64,000 nucleotides of DNA, taken from contig CAYSEQ010000004.1 in the NCBI GenBank assembly GCA_964430475.1, positions 986 through 64,985 on the forward strand, in the 5' to 3' direction. Of the stretch, positions 10,841-20,654 are shown one piece after another. Each line of letters opens with the position of its first letter. The first letter of the stretch is position 1. Origin of the DNA: an uncultured Gammaproteobacteria bacterium. GTDB taxonomy: Bacteria; Patescibacteriota; Microgenomatia; UBA8517. A program made the position numbers and the translations under genes. Under the pieces are notes generated by a model. The model was not told where the DNA came from. It worked only from the letters and a program-made list of their open reading frames with translations, and made no database searches.

Positions 10841-10842
10841 CT

Positions 10843-11268
10843 GCTTCGGAGGAAGGACGGTTACCGCGCTTTAGGTTTTCTAAGCGTGGAGGAAAGTCCA
10901 GGCTGCAAGCCGGCACTCGACGGAGCGCAAGCTCCGACACGAGCCAAGTTAAAAACTTGGTAAGTGCTAGTGTTCCGCTGGTGAAAACTGGTGGAAACGG
11001 ATCCTGAAATGACAGGATTCGAGAGCAACAGAGACGAGCTTCTGACTAAACCAAGGAAGCTTTAAAGAAACTTCTTTGGCATGTCAGATGAGTGAAACGG
11101 GCAATCCTAGAGGCAGCAATCGTTAACCTCACATTGACAGCCGGGATAGTGAGGGGTTACGAGCACTTGCTTTAAAAAGCAAGGAGGTTGAAGTTATATC
11201 AACCTCAGATAGATTACCGTCGCCTTCTTTTTGAAGGTAACAGAACCTGGCTTACTCTCCTTCGAAGC
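10843..11268 (+). ncRNA. rnpB: RNase P RNA, bacterial type A
   Basis: P4 strands GGAGGAAAGTCCAGGCT and ACAGAACCTGGCTTA show a compensatory A-U for G-C change. P1 helix gcttcggagga / tccttcgaagc. Conserved GAGAGCAACAGAGACGAG and CAGATGAGTGAAACGGGCAA blocks. Length about 426 nt. Confidence 0.85.
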
Positions 11269-11371
11269 CTTTTTCTAATTTCCATTTATTATCCTCCAAA
11301 ATCAATTTAGAGGAAGTAAAAATGTTTTCCTTCTTTTCTTCTAGACTTCGTACAAGTTGTAATTTTTGTTA

Positions 11372-11377
11372 TATAAT
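11372..11377 (+). promoter_or_regulatory. Consensus -10 hexamer TATAAT upstream of pilB (no good -35 identified)
   Basis: tataat lies 17 nt upstream of the ATG at 11394. Confidence 0.3.
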
Positions 11378-11393
11378 GAATTCATAACTGCCC

Positions 11394-13079
11394 ATGCAAT
11401 TATCCAGTGAGACTCTCAAAAAAATTATAGTAGGATCTGGTTTTGTTTCTGAGTCAGATTTTGATAGTGCAGCTAAGACTGCCCAGGAAGTTGGCAAGGA
11501 AGTAGTTGATGTTTTGGTTTTTAGGGGTTTGATTAATGAAGATACAATCTCCAAGTTGATTTCTGAGTATTATGGTGTACCCTTTGCAGATATTAAACAT
11601 GCCTCGATTGATTCTAAGATACTCTCTTTTATTCCGGAAAAAATGGCTCGGGTATATAGGATTGTCCCATTTGATAAGGAAAAAGATACTCTTAAGCTTG
11701 CAATGGAAGACCCTGAAGACTTCGAGGCTTTGGAGTTTGCTAGAAGGCACACTGGTTTATCGATTGAACCCTATTATGCAAGTAGAGCCGATATTAACAA
11801 GGCACTTGGACAATATAAAAAGGGGATAAGAGACGATTTCGCAAAAATAATAGAGGAGAATCTCAAGAAAGTAGTGCCGAAGGACGAAGAGGATTTAGCC
11901 AAAGCTGCTGAAGAAGTACCTATAGTAAAAATTTTGGATACTATTATCGGGTTTGCCGTTGCAGAAAGGGCTTCGGATATTCATATTGAAACACAGGAAA
12001 AAGATGTAGTCGTTAGATACAGGGTAGATGGAATACTTCGGGATGTTGTAAAGTTTCCAAGGGGAATTGAATCTGCTTTGGTTGCTAGGATTAAGATACT
12101 TTCTAATCTAAAGATTGATGAACACAGAATCCCCCAGGATGGACGTCATAAATTTAATATGGATGATCAAACAATCTCTTTAAGGATTTCAATAATCCCT
12201 GGATTTTATGGTGAGAATGTAGTAATGAGAATTCTTCAGGAAAGTAACCGTCCATTAAGCCTTGAAGAGTTGGGTTTGACTGGAAAGAATCTTGAGGTAA
12301 TCCGCTTAAATATCACTAAACCCCACGGTATGATTTTGGTCACAGGTCCAACAGGAAGTGGGAAAACTACTACCTTGTACTCAATTCTTAATATTTTAAA
12401 CACAATTGAAGTTAAGATTTGCACAATTGAGGATCCAATTGAGTATGGAATAAATAGGGTTACACAAATCCAGGTGAATCCCAAGACCGGATTAGAGTTT
12501 GCGACAGGATTAAGGGCACTTCTTAGACATGACCCTGATATTATTATGGTTGGTGAAATTCGGGATAAAGAAACTGCGGAAATCGCAATTCATGCAGCAC
12601 TAACAGGGCACCTGGTACTTTCCACTCTTCATACTAATACAGCCGCTGGAGCAATTCCTAGATTTTTAGACATGGGAGCGGAGGGTTTTTTACTTGCTTC
12701 AACTGTCAATGCAATCATCGGCCAACGATTGGTGAGAAAAATTTGTAGTGCTTGTGTGACTAAATATTCCCCTGATGACTCTATTCGTAAAAAGTTGTCT
12801 AAAGATTTAGGTGTAAACTTAGAAGACCAGAAGTTTTATAAAGGAAAAGGTTGCAACCAATGTGGTTTTAAAGGTTATGTTGGAAGAATAGGGATTTATG
12901 AGGTTCTTAATATTAGCGAAAAGATAAGAAACCTAATCGTTCAAAGAGCAACTAGCGATGAGATACAGAAGGCAGCGGTTGCAGAAGGGATGGTAACGAT
13001 GCTTCAGGACGGTTTAGATAAAGTTGCTTCTGGTTTGACCACTATTGAAGAAGTAATTAGAGTGGTTAGGGAGAGATAA
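11394..13079 (+). CDS. pilB: Type IV pilus assembly ATPase (GspE/PilB family)
   Basis: T2SSE_N-like N-terminus; Walker A GPTGSGKTTT; Asp box, His box; C-terminal tetracysteine CxxC...CxxC. Confidence 0.85.
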   Translation: MQLSSETLKKIIVGSGFVSESDFDSAAKTAQEVGKEVVDVLVFRGLINEDTISKLISEYYGVPFADIKHASIDSKILSFIPEKMARVYRIVPFDKEKDTLKLAMEDPEDFEALEFARRHTGLSIEPYYASRADINKALGQYKKGIRDDFAKIIEENLKKVVPKDEEDLAKAAEEVPIVKILDTIIGFAVAERASDIHIETQEKDVVVRYRVDGILRDVVKFPRGIESALVARIKILSNLKIDEHRIPQDGRHKFNMDDQTISLRISIIPGFYGENVVMRILQESNRPLSLEELGLTGKNLEVIRLNITKPHGMILVTGPTGSGKTTTLYSILNILNTIEVKICTIEDPIEYGINRVTQIQVNPKTGLEFATGLRALLRHDPDIIMVGEIRDKETAEIAIHAALTGHLVLSTLHTNTAAGAIPRFLDMGAEGFLLASTVNAIIGQRLVRKICSACVTKYSPDDSIRKKLSKDLGVNLEDQKFYKGKGCNQCGFKGYVGRIGIYEVLNISEKIRNLIVQRATSDEIQKAAVAEGMVTMLQDGLDKVASGLTTIEEVIRVVRER

Positions 13080-13094
13080 GATTGTCTTAAAGAT

Positions 13095-14309
13095 ATGCCC
13101 CCTTTCAAGTATAAGGTAAAGGACAAAGAAGATAAGATAATTGAGGATGTTGTCCAGGCAGGAAGTAAGAAGGAAGCAGTTGCCTTTCTTAAGGCAGAAG
13201 GGTATCAGATTCTGACAATTAAAGCCCTTGAGAAGAAACAAATAACAATTTTTGGGGGTGGAATTTCAGTTGCTGAAAAGGCAGCCTTTTGTAGGTTTCT
13301 AGCAACAATGCTCAGGTCAGGTCTTCCCTTAACAGAAGCCATAGATATAATAAGACAAGAAACACGAAGTCCTAAATTGAAAGATGTACTTTTTAACGCA
13401 GCATTTCATCTAAGGAAAGGGGGGACGCTTTCTTCAGTTTTTGCCAAGTATAAGGATGAGTTTGATCCTGTTTTTTTAACGATAGTAAAGGCTGGAGAAG
13501 AGTCTGGTACACTTGACAAGTCTTTCGACTATCTTGCTAAACAACTTTTGGCCTCCTATGAACTTTCTCAGAAAGTCAAAAGTTCAATGATGTATCCTGC
13601 CATTATCATAATAGCGATGATCGCGAACGCTGCAATAATGTTGGGATTTGTGCTTCCCAAGATGAGTCAGGTTTTTCTCTCGCTGAATGTGGAACTTCCC
13701 ACTGTAACAAAATTTGTCTTGAATGTAGGTAGTAGTGTAGGTGCAAATCTAGCGCTAACTTTTGGAGTATTTTTTTCAATAGTATTTTTAACTATCTTGC
13801 TTTTTTTAATTCGTTCAACAAGAACAAAAATTTTCTCCGTGTTTGTCAAACTACCGGTGATTTCAAAGGTGATGGATGAGTTAGATACTGCGCGTTTTGC
13901 CAGGACCCTATCAACATTACTAAAAAGTGGTGTGCCTATAATGCTTGCTTTAGATGTTTCTTCAGATGTATTAAAGCAACCTCATCTTAAGAAACAAGCA
14001 AAGGAATTTTCAACGCGAGTTGCCAAGGGCGAGAGTTTAAGTGAAATTCTAACGCATCAAAAGCGTTCATTTCCAATAACAATGACACAAACCATAAGAG
14101 CTGGGGAAAAGACCGGTAGTCTTGAAGTTGTTTTGGAAGAACTTGCGAACTTTTATGAAATGGAAGTGGACTATAGTCTCAAAAGAGCGACTGCTCTTTT
14201 GGAGCCTCTTTTGATGCTTGTAATTGGAATTGCTGTAGGGGCAATGGTTATTATCTTAATAACACCCATTTATAGTATCCTTGGTAGCTTCGAAAGTGGC
14301 AAATTCTAG
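13095..14309 (+). CDS. pilC: Type IV pilus inner-membrane platform protein (GspF/PilC family)
   Basis: 404 aa, two T2SSF-like repeats, three TM segments; immediately follows pilB. Confidence 0.8.
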   Translation: MPPFKYKVKDKEDKIIEDVVQAGSKKEAVAFLKAEGYQILTIKALEKKQITIFGGGISVAEKAAFCRFLATMLRSGLPLTEAIDIIRQETRSPKLKDVLFNAAFHLRKGGTLSSVFAKYKDEFDPVFLTIVKAGEESGTLDKSFDYLAKQLLASYELSQKVKSSMMYPAIIIIAMIANAAIMLGFVLPKMSQVFLSLNVELPTVTKFVLNVGSSVGANLALTFGVFFSIVFLTILLFLIRSTRTKIFSVFVKLPVISKVMDELDTARFARTLSTLLKSGVPIMLALDVSSDVLKQPHLKKQAKEFSTRVAKGESLSEILTHQKRSFPITMTQTIRAGEKTGSLEVVLEELANFYEMEVDYSLKRATALLEPLLMLVIGIAVGAMVIILITPIYSILGSFESGKF

Positions 14310-14311
14310 GT

Positions 14312-14614
14312 ATGCCTGTCAAGATTTTAAAGTTTTTCCTTTTGGTCAGTTTTCTTTTTCTAACCCTTATTGCGTCAGTGGCATTCAATGAATTTCGCAA
14401 GTCTAGCGATATTGTTTCGGAAAGGAAAACAGAAAAACATCTAGAAGATAAAAAGGTTGAGGATCAATCTCTGGGAAAATATTTTGAAGAAGCATTTAAA
14501 AAAAGTGGAAAAGAATTAGACTCTATAAATAAGGAAAACCGTTGTGAAATATTTGGTGAAGAAGTTGGTAAAAATGTAGTTATTTTTGATACAACCTGTA
14601 GTTTATCCGAATGA
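14312..14614 (+). CDS. Small secreted/membrane-anchored hypothetical protein
   Basis: N-terminal signal/TM segment FFLLVSFLFLTLIASVAF; no homology recognised. Confidence 0.4.
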   Translation: MPVKILKFFLLVSFLFLTLIASVAFNEFRKSSDIVSERKTEKHLEDKKVEDQSLGKYFEEAFKKSGKELDSINKENRCEIFGEEVGKNVVIFDTTCSLSE

Positions 14615-14646
14615 AGGGGTATTTCTGATACAAATGTTTTAAAAGT

Positions 14647-16095
14647 TTATTTTTCTTCCCTCCAGGAAATAAATTCGTATTCCCCAGTAGTTGGAAAATA
14701 CGGCGGTGGAGAATATAAGAGGTTTGTGTCGTAATTTACCGTACGATTTTGGAAGCCTGAAATAAGTGTGCCCCCGCTTACAAAATTCCAGTAGGACTTA
14801 TAATAATTAATAAGTGCGCCATTGATGCTTAGGCTGTTTTTGACAGAACCAACGATCCTGGTGGAACACGAGTTGTTGGTGTACCTATGGCGAATTATTT
14901 TGCCCTTTTGTGCCATGAGGACAGCGTCAACTTGGAAGTTGCTTGGGATATCTCTGGCAAAAAAGATATTATTCTGGGATACAAGTCCTAAGACATCGCT
15001 TCCATTGTAAGCTCCGTAAGTAATACTATTTGGTATCCATATGTCAACCTCTGATGATTGGATAGGAAAAGAAGCAGCAACCACAGTAATTCTTCCACGA
15101 ACCCCACCTTCGACCCAGAGATTATCCTCAGCAAAAACAATAGGAGTATCTGCTATAGAATAAGTACCAAGGGTAGTTTCGGAGGTTATAATTTGGTTGA
15201 GATTTCTGCAACCTCCCTGGCCTTCGGCTCCGAGTCCCTCTCCAGGTACACTATACCCTCTAATTGACGAAGTTGAATTTACTCTTTTAACTGTAAAGTT
15301 TCCATCGTTTGTGAAGATGATGTGATAGCCGCTTCTTCCTGAAGCTGGAAGATAAAGTCCTTCGGTTTGAGCCGCCTGTTTCACATAGGGAAGATCAAAT
15401 GAAATGCTATCAAAATCAATAGAAGTGACAGGGAACTCCCACAAACCCTGATCTCCTCCACTTCCCCATACGCCCGGTTTTTGTTGGGGAGGTGAACACC
15501 CTGTCTCACTTCCACACATATAAGTTTCTCTTGCACTTGTCACAAGTGAAGTATTTGTTCCATCCATTCTTATTCCATTATTGGAATGAACTAGGCCATT
15601 AACTGTGATTCCGGAGCCATACCAAGAGCTTGAATTTGATAGAAAGGAGTATCTTGCGAATGAGGGTATTCCATATTGGACTGTGACAACTCTTTTAATA
15701 TCCGGAAATTGATATGTCCACCCTGTTGATCTTATGGTTACTATTGAAGAACCCTGCGATGGTGGGGTTATCTCCAAGCTGAATTTTCCAACTGGTTTTC
15801 CTTGAGGGTCTAGATATTCGTGTTCGTAAGGGCCAGGTTGTCCTGTCCCGTCGGTAAAATCATCTGGATCATGAGCTAGGTGCCAGCGGTAGTAATTTAC
15901 CCCTGCTTCAGCCACCTGAAGACTACTTTCAAGCCCTAATTGTCTATTTGAGTATTGAAGTTGTAGAGTCAAAACAAACAAAATTCCATAGAGTACGACT
16001 AAAAGTGCGCCTGTAACTACTAAAAGGGCTGGGGTGATACTACCTCTTTTATACCTTGGCATACTAGTCTTTATGTTAAATCCTTTCACTTTCAA
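14647..16095 (-). CDS. PilX-like minor pilin with large C-terminal extracellular domain (482 aa)
   Basis: N-terminal TM PALLVVTGALLVVLYGILFV followed by SLQVAEAGVNYYRWHL, a PilX_N-like motif; last gene of the minus-strand pilin operon. Confidence 0.55.
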   Translation of the reverse strand: MKVKGFNIKTSMPRYKRGSITPALLVVTGALLVVLYGILFVLTLQLQYSNRQLGLESSLQVAEAGVNYYRWHLAHDPDDFTDGTGQPGPYEHEYLDPQGKPVGKFSLEITPPSQGSSIVTIRSTGWTYQFPDIKRVVTVQYGIPSFARYSFLSNSSSWYGSGITVNGLVHSNNGIRMDGTNTSLVTSARETYMCGSETGCSPPQQKPGVWGSGGDQGLWEFPVTSIDFDSISFDLPYVKQAAQTEGLYLPASGRSGYHIIFTNDGNFTVKRVNSTSSIRGYSVPGEGLGAEGQGGCRNLNQIITSETTLGTYSIADTPIVFAEDNLWVEGGVRGRITVVAASFPIQSSEVDIWIPNSITYGAYNGSDVLGLVSQNNIFFARDIPSNFQVDAVLMAQKGKIIRHRYTNNSCSTRIVGSVKNSLSINGALINYYKSYWNFVSGGTLISGFQNRTVNYDTNLLYSPPPYFPTTGEYEFISWREEK

Positions 16096-16105
16096 CTACA
16101 AGTTT

Positions 16106-16729
16106 TTAAAGATTATCCTTAAGCATTCTTAGTTGGACATAGGATTCCAGAGTAAAGTTTGTTTCAGGGTCGTTTTCTTGAGTATTTAAGATAAGAAGTA
16201 CTTTTATTAGTTTAGTATCGGATAAACGAACTGGTTGGGGAAGAGGATTGTTTTGTGTGTCTGCAGGCCAGTCTCCGTTGTAGTAATAAAAAACTGGTGT
16301 TGTGGCATTTCTGACATTTTCGCTGAGAACTTTCACCTTTTCATTTGATATAGGATAGGTTGGAGGAAAACCAGTAGGTTCAATTACTCCCTTATAAAGG
16401 GTGTTTCCTGAAAGTGTGTAACGCACCCTTTCAGATTGACCATCATAATCAATATCTGAGTAAAAAATAATTTCTTGGTCATTAGCCAACTCAAGAGGGT
16501 AAGAGGCGTTGTCTGCATATCTTATATTTCTTAATTCCCTAACCATAAGACTAACTTGGGCATTTGCTTGATCAACATCCAGAAGATTTCTAAATGTAAC
16601 AAGTCTTCCTCTTGAGGTTATATAGATCAGTGTAAGAATTCCTCCTCCAAGGACAGTGAGGATCACGATAGTGATGAGTACTTCTATCAGAGTAAAGCCT
16701 TTATTGCTTGTTTTTAGTTTATCTATCAT
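16106..16729 (-). CDS. Type IV pilin-like protein (prepilin-type N-terminal cleavage/methylation domain)
   Basis: KGFTLIEVLITIVILTVLGGG class III signal motif. Confidence 0.8.
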   Translation of the reverse strand: MIDKLKTSNKGFTLIEVLITIVILTVLGGGILTLIYITSRGRLVTFRNLLDVDQANAQVSLMVRELRNIRYADNASYPLELANDQEIIFYSDIDYDGQSERVRYTLSGNTLYKGVIEPTGFPPTYPISNEKVKVLSENVRNATTPVFYYYNGDWPADTQNNPLPQPVRLSDTKLIKVLLILNTQENDPETNFTLESYVQLRMLKDNL

Positions 16730-16736
16730 TTCGCAT

Positions 16737-18098
16737 TTATTGTGGTGAAAGTGTGAATTTTTCTGGTATTTCTGGTACTTCCATAGGTAAGTTAATGTTT
16801 GTTGTAAAATCTAGATATCCGGAAACGGTTGCAACAAGGGTATAGTTTTGCTGAGTGAGGTTAGCAAAAAAAACTTGGCCAAAATCAGGATCGGAAGATA
16901 AGCCCGTCAGCTTTGTTTGTTCAAATCCGCTCCCAGCATGGGAAAGGGTTGCGGAGACGGAGGCAAGAGGAGTTCCGCTTGTGTCAAAAAAAGCTGCAAG
17001 AAACTCTTGGGTTGTGTTTGGGGAAAGTGCGATTGATAAAGTTATACTTGTGTCAGGAAGTAGATTGACTGGCTGAATAGGATTAGTTCCGGATATGTCA
17101 TATGGACTTGAGGATTCTAGGAACACCCTATAATTATCCCACTCCATATTGTTAAGGATTAAACTTCCCGTGGAGTTTGTAGAAAGATTTTGGTCGTATT
17201 TGTAAACAGGTTGCCCAGAACTGTCTGTTCCAATGGTTTTTTCTCCTACAAGTCTAAAATTTACATCTCCCAGGGGTTCAAAATTGTTCTCTCTTCCTTT
17301 AAAGGTTTTTATTGTAAGAGTTGAAGTTCTGTCGATGCTAAAGCTAATTTCGGTAAGCTGTCCTTCTATAATTGTTTGGTGGGGTTTGCTAGGATTTGCC
17401 ACTTCAGTGGTTGAATATGTCCTTTCGGAGCTAAATCCGGATTTGGTAACAGAAATTTGGTAGCATTCCACACAGGTAGGCGCTCCGGGTAAGATGACCC
17501 TTCCGTTAATTGAGGTTTGGAGGGTTAAGTTTACCGGTGGATTGGTCGAGGCATTGATAGAAACTGATGCTTGTGGGACAGGATTGCCTTGCGAATCAAA
17601 AACTATTATTGACAGCGTTCCTCCGCCAGCAGTAGTTTCTACACCTTTGGGTGCAATGTCTGTTAAGAAAACCACTGGACTATTGCGGGATTTGGCTATT
17701 CCTTCCCAGGAGACTTCGACCCTCACTCTTTTATAGTCAGTACCCAAAAGGTCGTTTGGCACAGTGCCATCGAAGGGGTCGTCTATGTAGACGATAGTGG
17801 TTCTAACAGTAAAGTTTAGTTTGTTTCTAGAAACATTTTCGATTTGAGGAAGAGGCCCTGGTGGAATTCCACCTATTGTTCCTACCTCATCGTATGGTAA
17901 ATTCCTGATAAGTTCTATTTTCTCTTGAGCCAAATGCCTTGCGGTGATTCTTGCCCTATTGAAAGAGACTAGGTTATATGAGGTCCCAACAACTGTAAAT
18001 ATTGCTTGAGAAAGGATTGAAAAGATGGCAAGAGAGACAAGAACCCCGATTAGTGATTGACCATTTTTTTTGTTTTTTTTGGGCAGGTGTTGTCGCAT
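16737..18098 (-). CDS. PilV/pseudopilin-like minor pilin with C-terminal beta-sandwich repeats (453 aa)
   Basis: NGQSLIGVLVSLAIFSIL prepilin-like N-terminus, then LAQEKIELIRNLPYDEVG; large T/S/N-rich extracellular part. Confidence 0.55.
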   Translation of the reverse strand: MRQHLPKKNKKNGQSLIGVLVSLAIFSILSQAIFTVVGTSYNLVSFNRARITARHLAQEKIELIRNLPYDEVGTIGGIPPGPLPQIENVSRNKLNFTVRTTIVYIDDPFDGTVPNDLLGTDYKRVRVEVSWEGIAKSRNSPVVFLTDIAPKGVETTAGGGTLSIIVFDSQGNPVPQASVSINASTNPPVNLTLQTSINGRVILPGAPTCVECYQISVTKSGFSSERTYSTTEVANPSKPHQTIIEGQLTEISFSIDRTSTLTIKTFKGRENNFEPLGDVNFRLVGEKTIGTDSSGQPVYKYDQNLSTNSTGSLILNNMEWDNYRVFLESSSPYDISGTNPIQPVNLLPDTSITLSIALSPNTTQEFLAAFFDTSGTPLASVSATLSHAGSGFEQTKLTGLSSDPDFGQVFFANLTQQNYTLVATVSGYLDFTTNINLPMEVPEIPEKFTLSPQ

Positions 18099-18246
18099 TT
18101 TTAGGAATTGCTTTATTCTTTAAGTATAGAAGCAATTTGTATCTGTCGCAATTTCCTTAAACCCCGATTCTTAATTGAAGTAAGTTTTAACAAATGTAAT
18201 AATAAAGGTTAGGTGAAAGTATTAAGTTAGTTAGAAGATAAAAAAA

Positions 18247-19668
18247 TTGTTTTTCCTGTCCATGTTTAGAAAGTCATTTGTCTCACTTTACATAACAAAT
18301 AAGAAACTGACAATATTGCAACTTTCCTCAAATAAGAAAAAGTGTAAGAAGAAGGCTATAGTAAATCTTCCTGAAGGACTTATCATTAATAATCAGGTTC
18401 TAGAACCTTCCTTGTTGGCAAAAATTTTAGAAAAGGCTTGGGTAAATCAGCGTATTCGGGAAAAGGCGGTTGTATTAATCTTGCCTGAGGGGATGTCATT
18501 CATTAAAACCTTTGAACTCCCAAAGCTTAAAATTAGCGAGTTGGATGAGGCAGTCCGTTGGCAAGCTCAGGAATATTTCCCCTCAAGCTTATCGGAGTTG
18601 ATTATTGATTGGAAAATAATTCGTAGAGAAGAAGAGTATTTCAAGGTTCTTGTGGTAGGTGTCGATAGAAAGACTATGGCTGGGTATGTTTCCGCGGTTG
18701 AACAAGCAGGTCTTTGGCCCCTTGCTGTGATTACCCCTTCAGTTGCCTTTTCATTCCTGCCTAAAAGTGAAAATGGTGTACTTTTAATATACAGAAATTC
18801 CGAGAATGTTTTTGTTTTGATGCAGGGAGAAGAAATTGTTGGGACCTCGGTTTTGCCAGAAGGGGAAGACGAAAAGATACTTAAAACATCGCAGAGGATG
18901 CTTAATCATTATAAGGATGTAAAACTGGATGCGATATGGATTGTCGGGAGTAGAGTGAATGATAAGCTGATTGAGGTTTTCAAATCCACTTTTGGCTTGG
19001 ATGTTAGTATTCCTCGTCCAAGGATTGAAGGGATTAGCGAGGCAGAAATTCAAGATTTTTTTGTTCCTTTTGCCTCACAACTTTCGGAAATTGCAGAGCC
19101 TTTAGATCCTACATCTATCAACTTACTACCCAAAAAGTTAGTAGAAAAGTACAAGTTTGAAAGATTAAAGTTGCAGGTTTGGAGTTTAACATTAGCGGTG
19201 ACTCTTTTTGTCTGGATCCCGTTTTTATTTACCTTAGCTTCTTATTTTTTGATTATTCAAGACATAAATACATTAAAATTTCAACTCTCACAAACTAAGA
19301 ATTCTCAACCTCAAAGAAGTAGTTTAATAAATGAAATTACGCGAATAAATTCGATTTCCGAAAGAATACTTAAGATAAAGGCATTACAAAAATCGCCTCA
19401 AGATATTCTTAGTAAGATCAATAAAGCTACTCCCCAGGGTCTTGTAGTTAATAGTTATGAAATAGATTTTGAAAAAGGGGTAATACAAGTTTCAGGTGTC
19501 GCCAGTGATAGAGATGTTTTGATTTCTTTTAAAAATAATCTGGAACTTAATCCAGAATTTACTGGCGTAGATGTACCTATATCCTCTTTCGAGAAAGAAA
19601 AGGATATTGAATTTAATATGATATTGACTTTTAATGTTGATTCGAAAGTTTCTAAGGTCAGCTCGTGA
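18247..19668 (+). CDS. pilM: PilM-PilN fusion protein (actin-like ATPase-fold domain + TM + periplasmic coiled region)
   Basis: About 330-aa cytoplasmic PilM-like portion, then a TM segment WSLTLAVTLFVWIPFLFTLASYFLII and about 130 aa C-terminal; sits in the pilus cluster. Confidence 0.55.
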   Translation: MFFLSMFRKSFVSLYITNKKLTILQLSSNKKKCKKKAIVNLPEGLIINNQVLEPSLLAKILEKAWVNQRIREKAVVLILPEGMSFIKTFELPKLKISELDEAVRWQAQEYFPSSLSELIIDWKIIRREEEYFKVLVVGVDRKTMAGYVSAVEQAGLWPLAVITPSVAFSFLPKSENGVLLIYRNSENVFVLMQGEEIVGTSVLPEGEDEKILKTSQRMLNHYKDVKLDAIWIVGSRVNDKLIEVFKSTFGLDVSIPRPRIEGISEAEIQDFFVPFASQLSEIAEPLDPTSINLLPKKLVEKYKFERLKLQVWSLTLAVTLFVWIPFLFTLASYFLIIQDINTLKFQLSQTKNSQPQRSSLINEITRINSISERILKIKALQKSPQDILSKINKATPQGLVVNSYEIDFEKGVIQVSGVASDRDVLISFKNNLELNPEFTGVDVPISSFEKEKDIEFNMILTFNVDSKVSKVSS

Positions 19669-19688
19669 ATTTCTAAAGGCAAAATTAA

Positions 19689-20450
19689 ATGCTAAAGAAA
19701 GATAATTTAAAAAATAAGTCCGAGACTCGGAAAAATCTTGAAAGCTACCTTACGCACATTAAAGAGCTTCCTCCCACACCTGAGACGCATTATGGCGAAG
19801 AGCATAAGAAACCACGAAGTAGCATTACTGGTACAGAATACATAAAAGAAAAGGAAGGGGTATCTTCAACAGGGTTAAGGGAGGATGGGTCGAAGGAAGA
19901 ATTTGTGGATGGGGATTTTACTTTGGTTGAGGAAGAAGAGAAAAGATTGCCAGTCTCGTTAAAGGATGTGATCTTGGGCATTTTGAATGTTATTTCAATT
20001 GCTGTTTTGATTTTTGTTCTTATAAAACTGCCTTTAAAAGCAAAAGAGCTAAAAGATTTAAGAATTGAAAGAATCAAAGGTCAAGAAAGCATATCTTACA
20101 AGTCTTTTGAGATTGAAGAATATAAATCTAAGGCAGAAGAGTTAGAAGAATTTTTCCTAAACGAAGAAAAAGTAATAGAATTTGTTAACATGGCAAGTAG
20201 GCTAGGTAAGGTTAGTTTTGCATCTCAGAAACCCGTTAAGGATATAACAGGAAATTTCGGTTTACCAGTAGTAATCGAGCTTGAAGGCACCAGGGATGAT
20301 CTAGATACGAAACTTCAAAGTATTGATAATCTGCCTTTTCTATTTAGAGGAGTTAGGGTAGAAATTAGTCCATTAAAAGAGGAAGGTATGATAACATTAA
20401 AGTACGGTCTTTTCTTATATGTTGATGAGAATTTGGGAAAAAATCGATAA
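19689..20450 (+). CDS. PilO-like protein (single TM + coiled-coil)
   Basis: TM segment VILGILNVISIAVLIFVLI, then a Lys/Glu-rich helical region; position after pilMN. Confidence 0.4.
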   Translation: MLKKDNLKNKSETRKNLESYLTHIKELPPTPETHYGEEHKKPRSSITGTEYIKEKEGVSSTGLREDGSKEEFVDGDFTLVEEEEKRLPVSLKDVILGILNVISIAVLIFVLIKLPLKAKELKDLRIERIKGQESISYKSFEIEEYKSKAEELEEFFLNEEKVIEFVNMASRLGKVSFASQKPVKDITGNFGLPVVIELEGTRDDLDTKLQSIDNLPFLFRGVRVEISPLKEEGMITLKYGLFLYVDENLGKNR

Positions 20451-20643
20451 ATTTTATTTAGTCTTGATAGGGATTTTAATACCGGTGGCGGTCTTGATGG
20501 CTTTCTCTTTCAAAACTATATTTTCTGCGTTCTTTTTAGCTAGTGACCTAAGTGAAAAAAACATTGGAAGTGAGGTCAAAATTGATAAGGAGAAGTTTGA
20601 TGAAGCCTATAATTGGATAAAGAGTAAGAAGGTCAGTCCTTAG
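20419..20643 (+). CDS. Small membrane protein (uncertain)
   Basis: 74-aa ORF overlapping the previous gene by 32 nt; one TM segment. Could be spurious. Confidence 0.25.
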   Translation: MLMRIWEKIDKFYLVLIGILIPVAVLMAFSFKTIFSAFFLASDLSEKNIGSEVKIDKEKFDEAYNWIKSKKVSP

Positions 20644-20654
20644 GAAATAAGGCG

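Noticed and set aside
10713-10940. 75-aa minus-strand ORF
   Set aside because: Lies inside and antisense to the RNase P RNA gene, so it is spurious.
12236-12484. 82-aa minus-strand ORF inside pilB, and similar antisense ORFs inside the pilin genes (15058-15267, 16855-17076, 17233-17736)
   Set aside because: All sit antisense within strongly supported CDSs and have no motifs.
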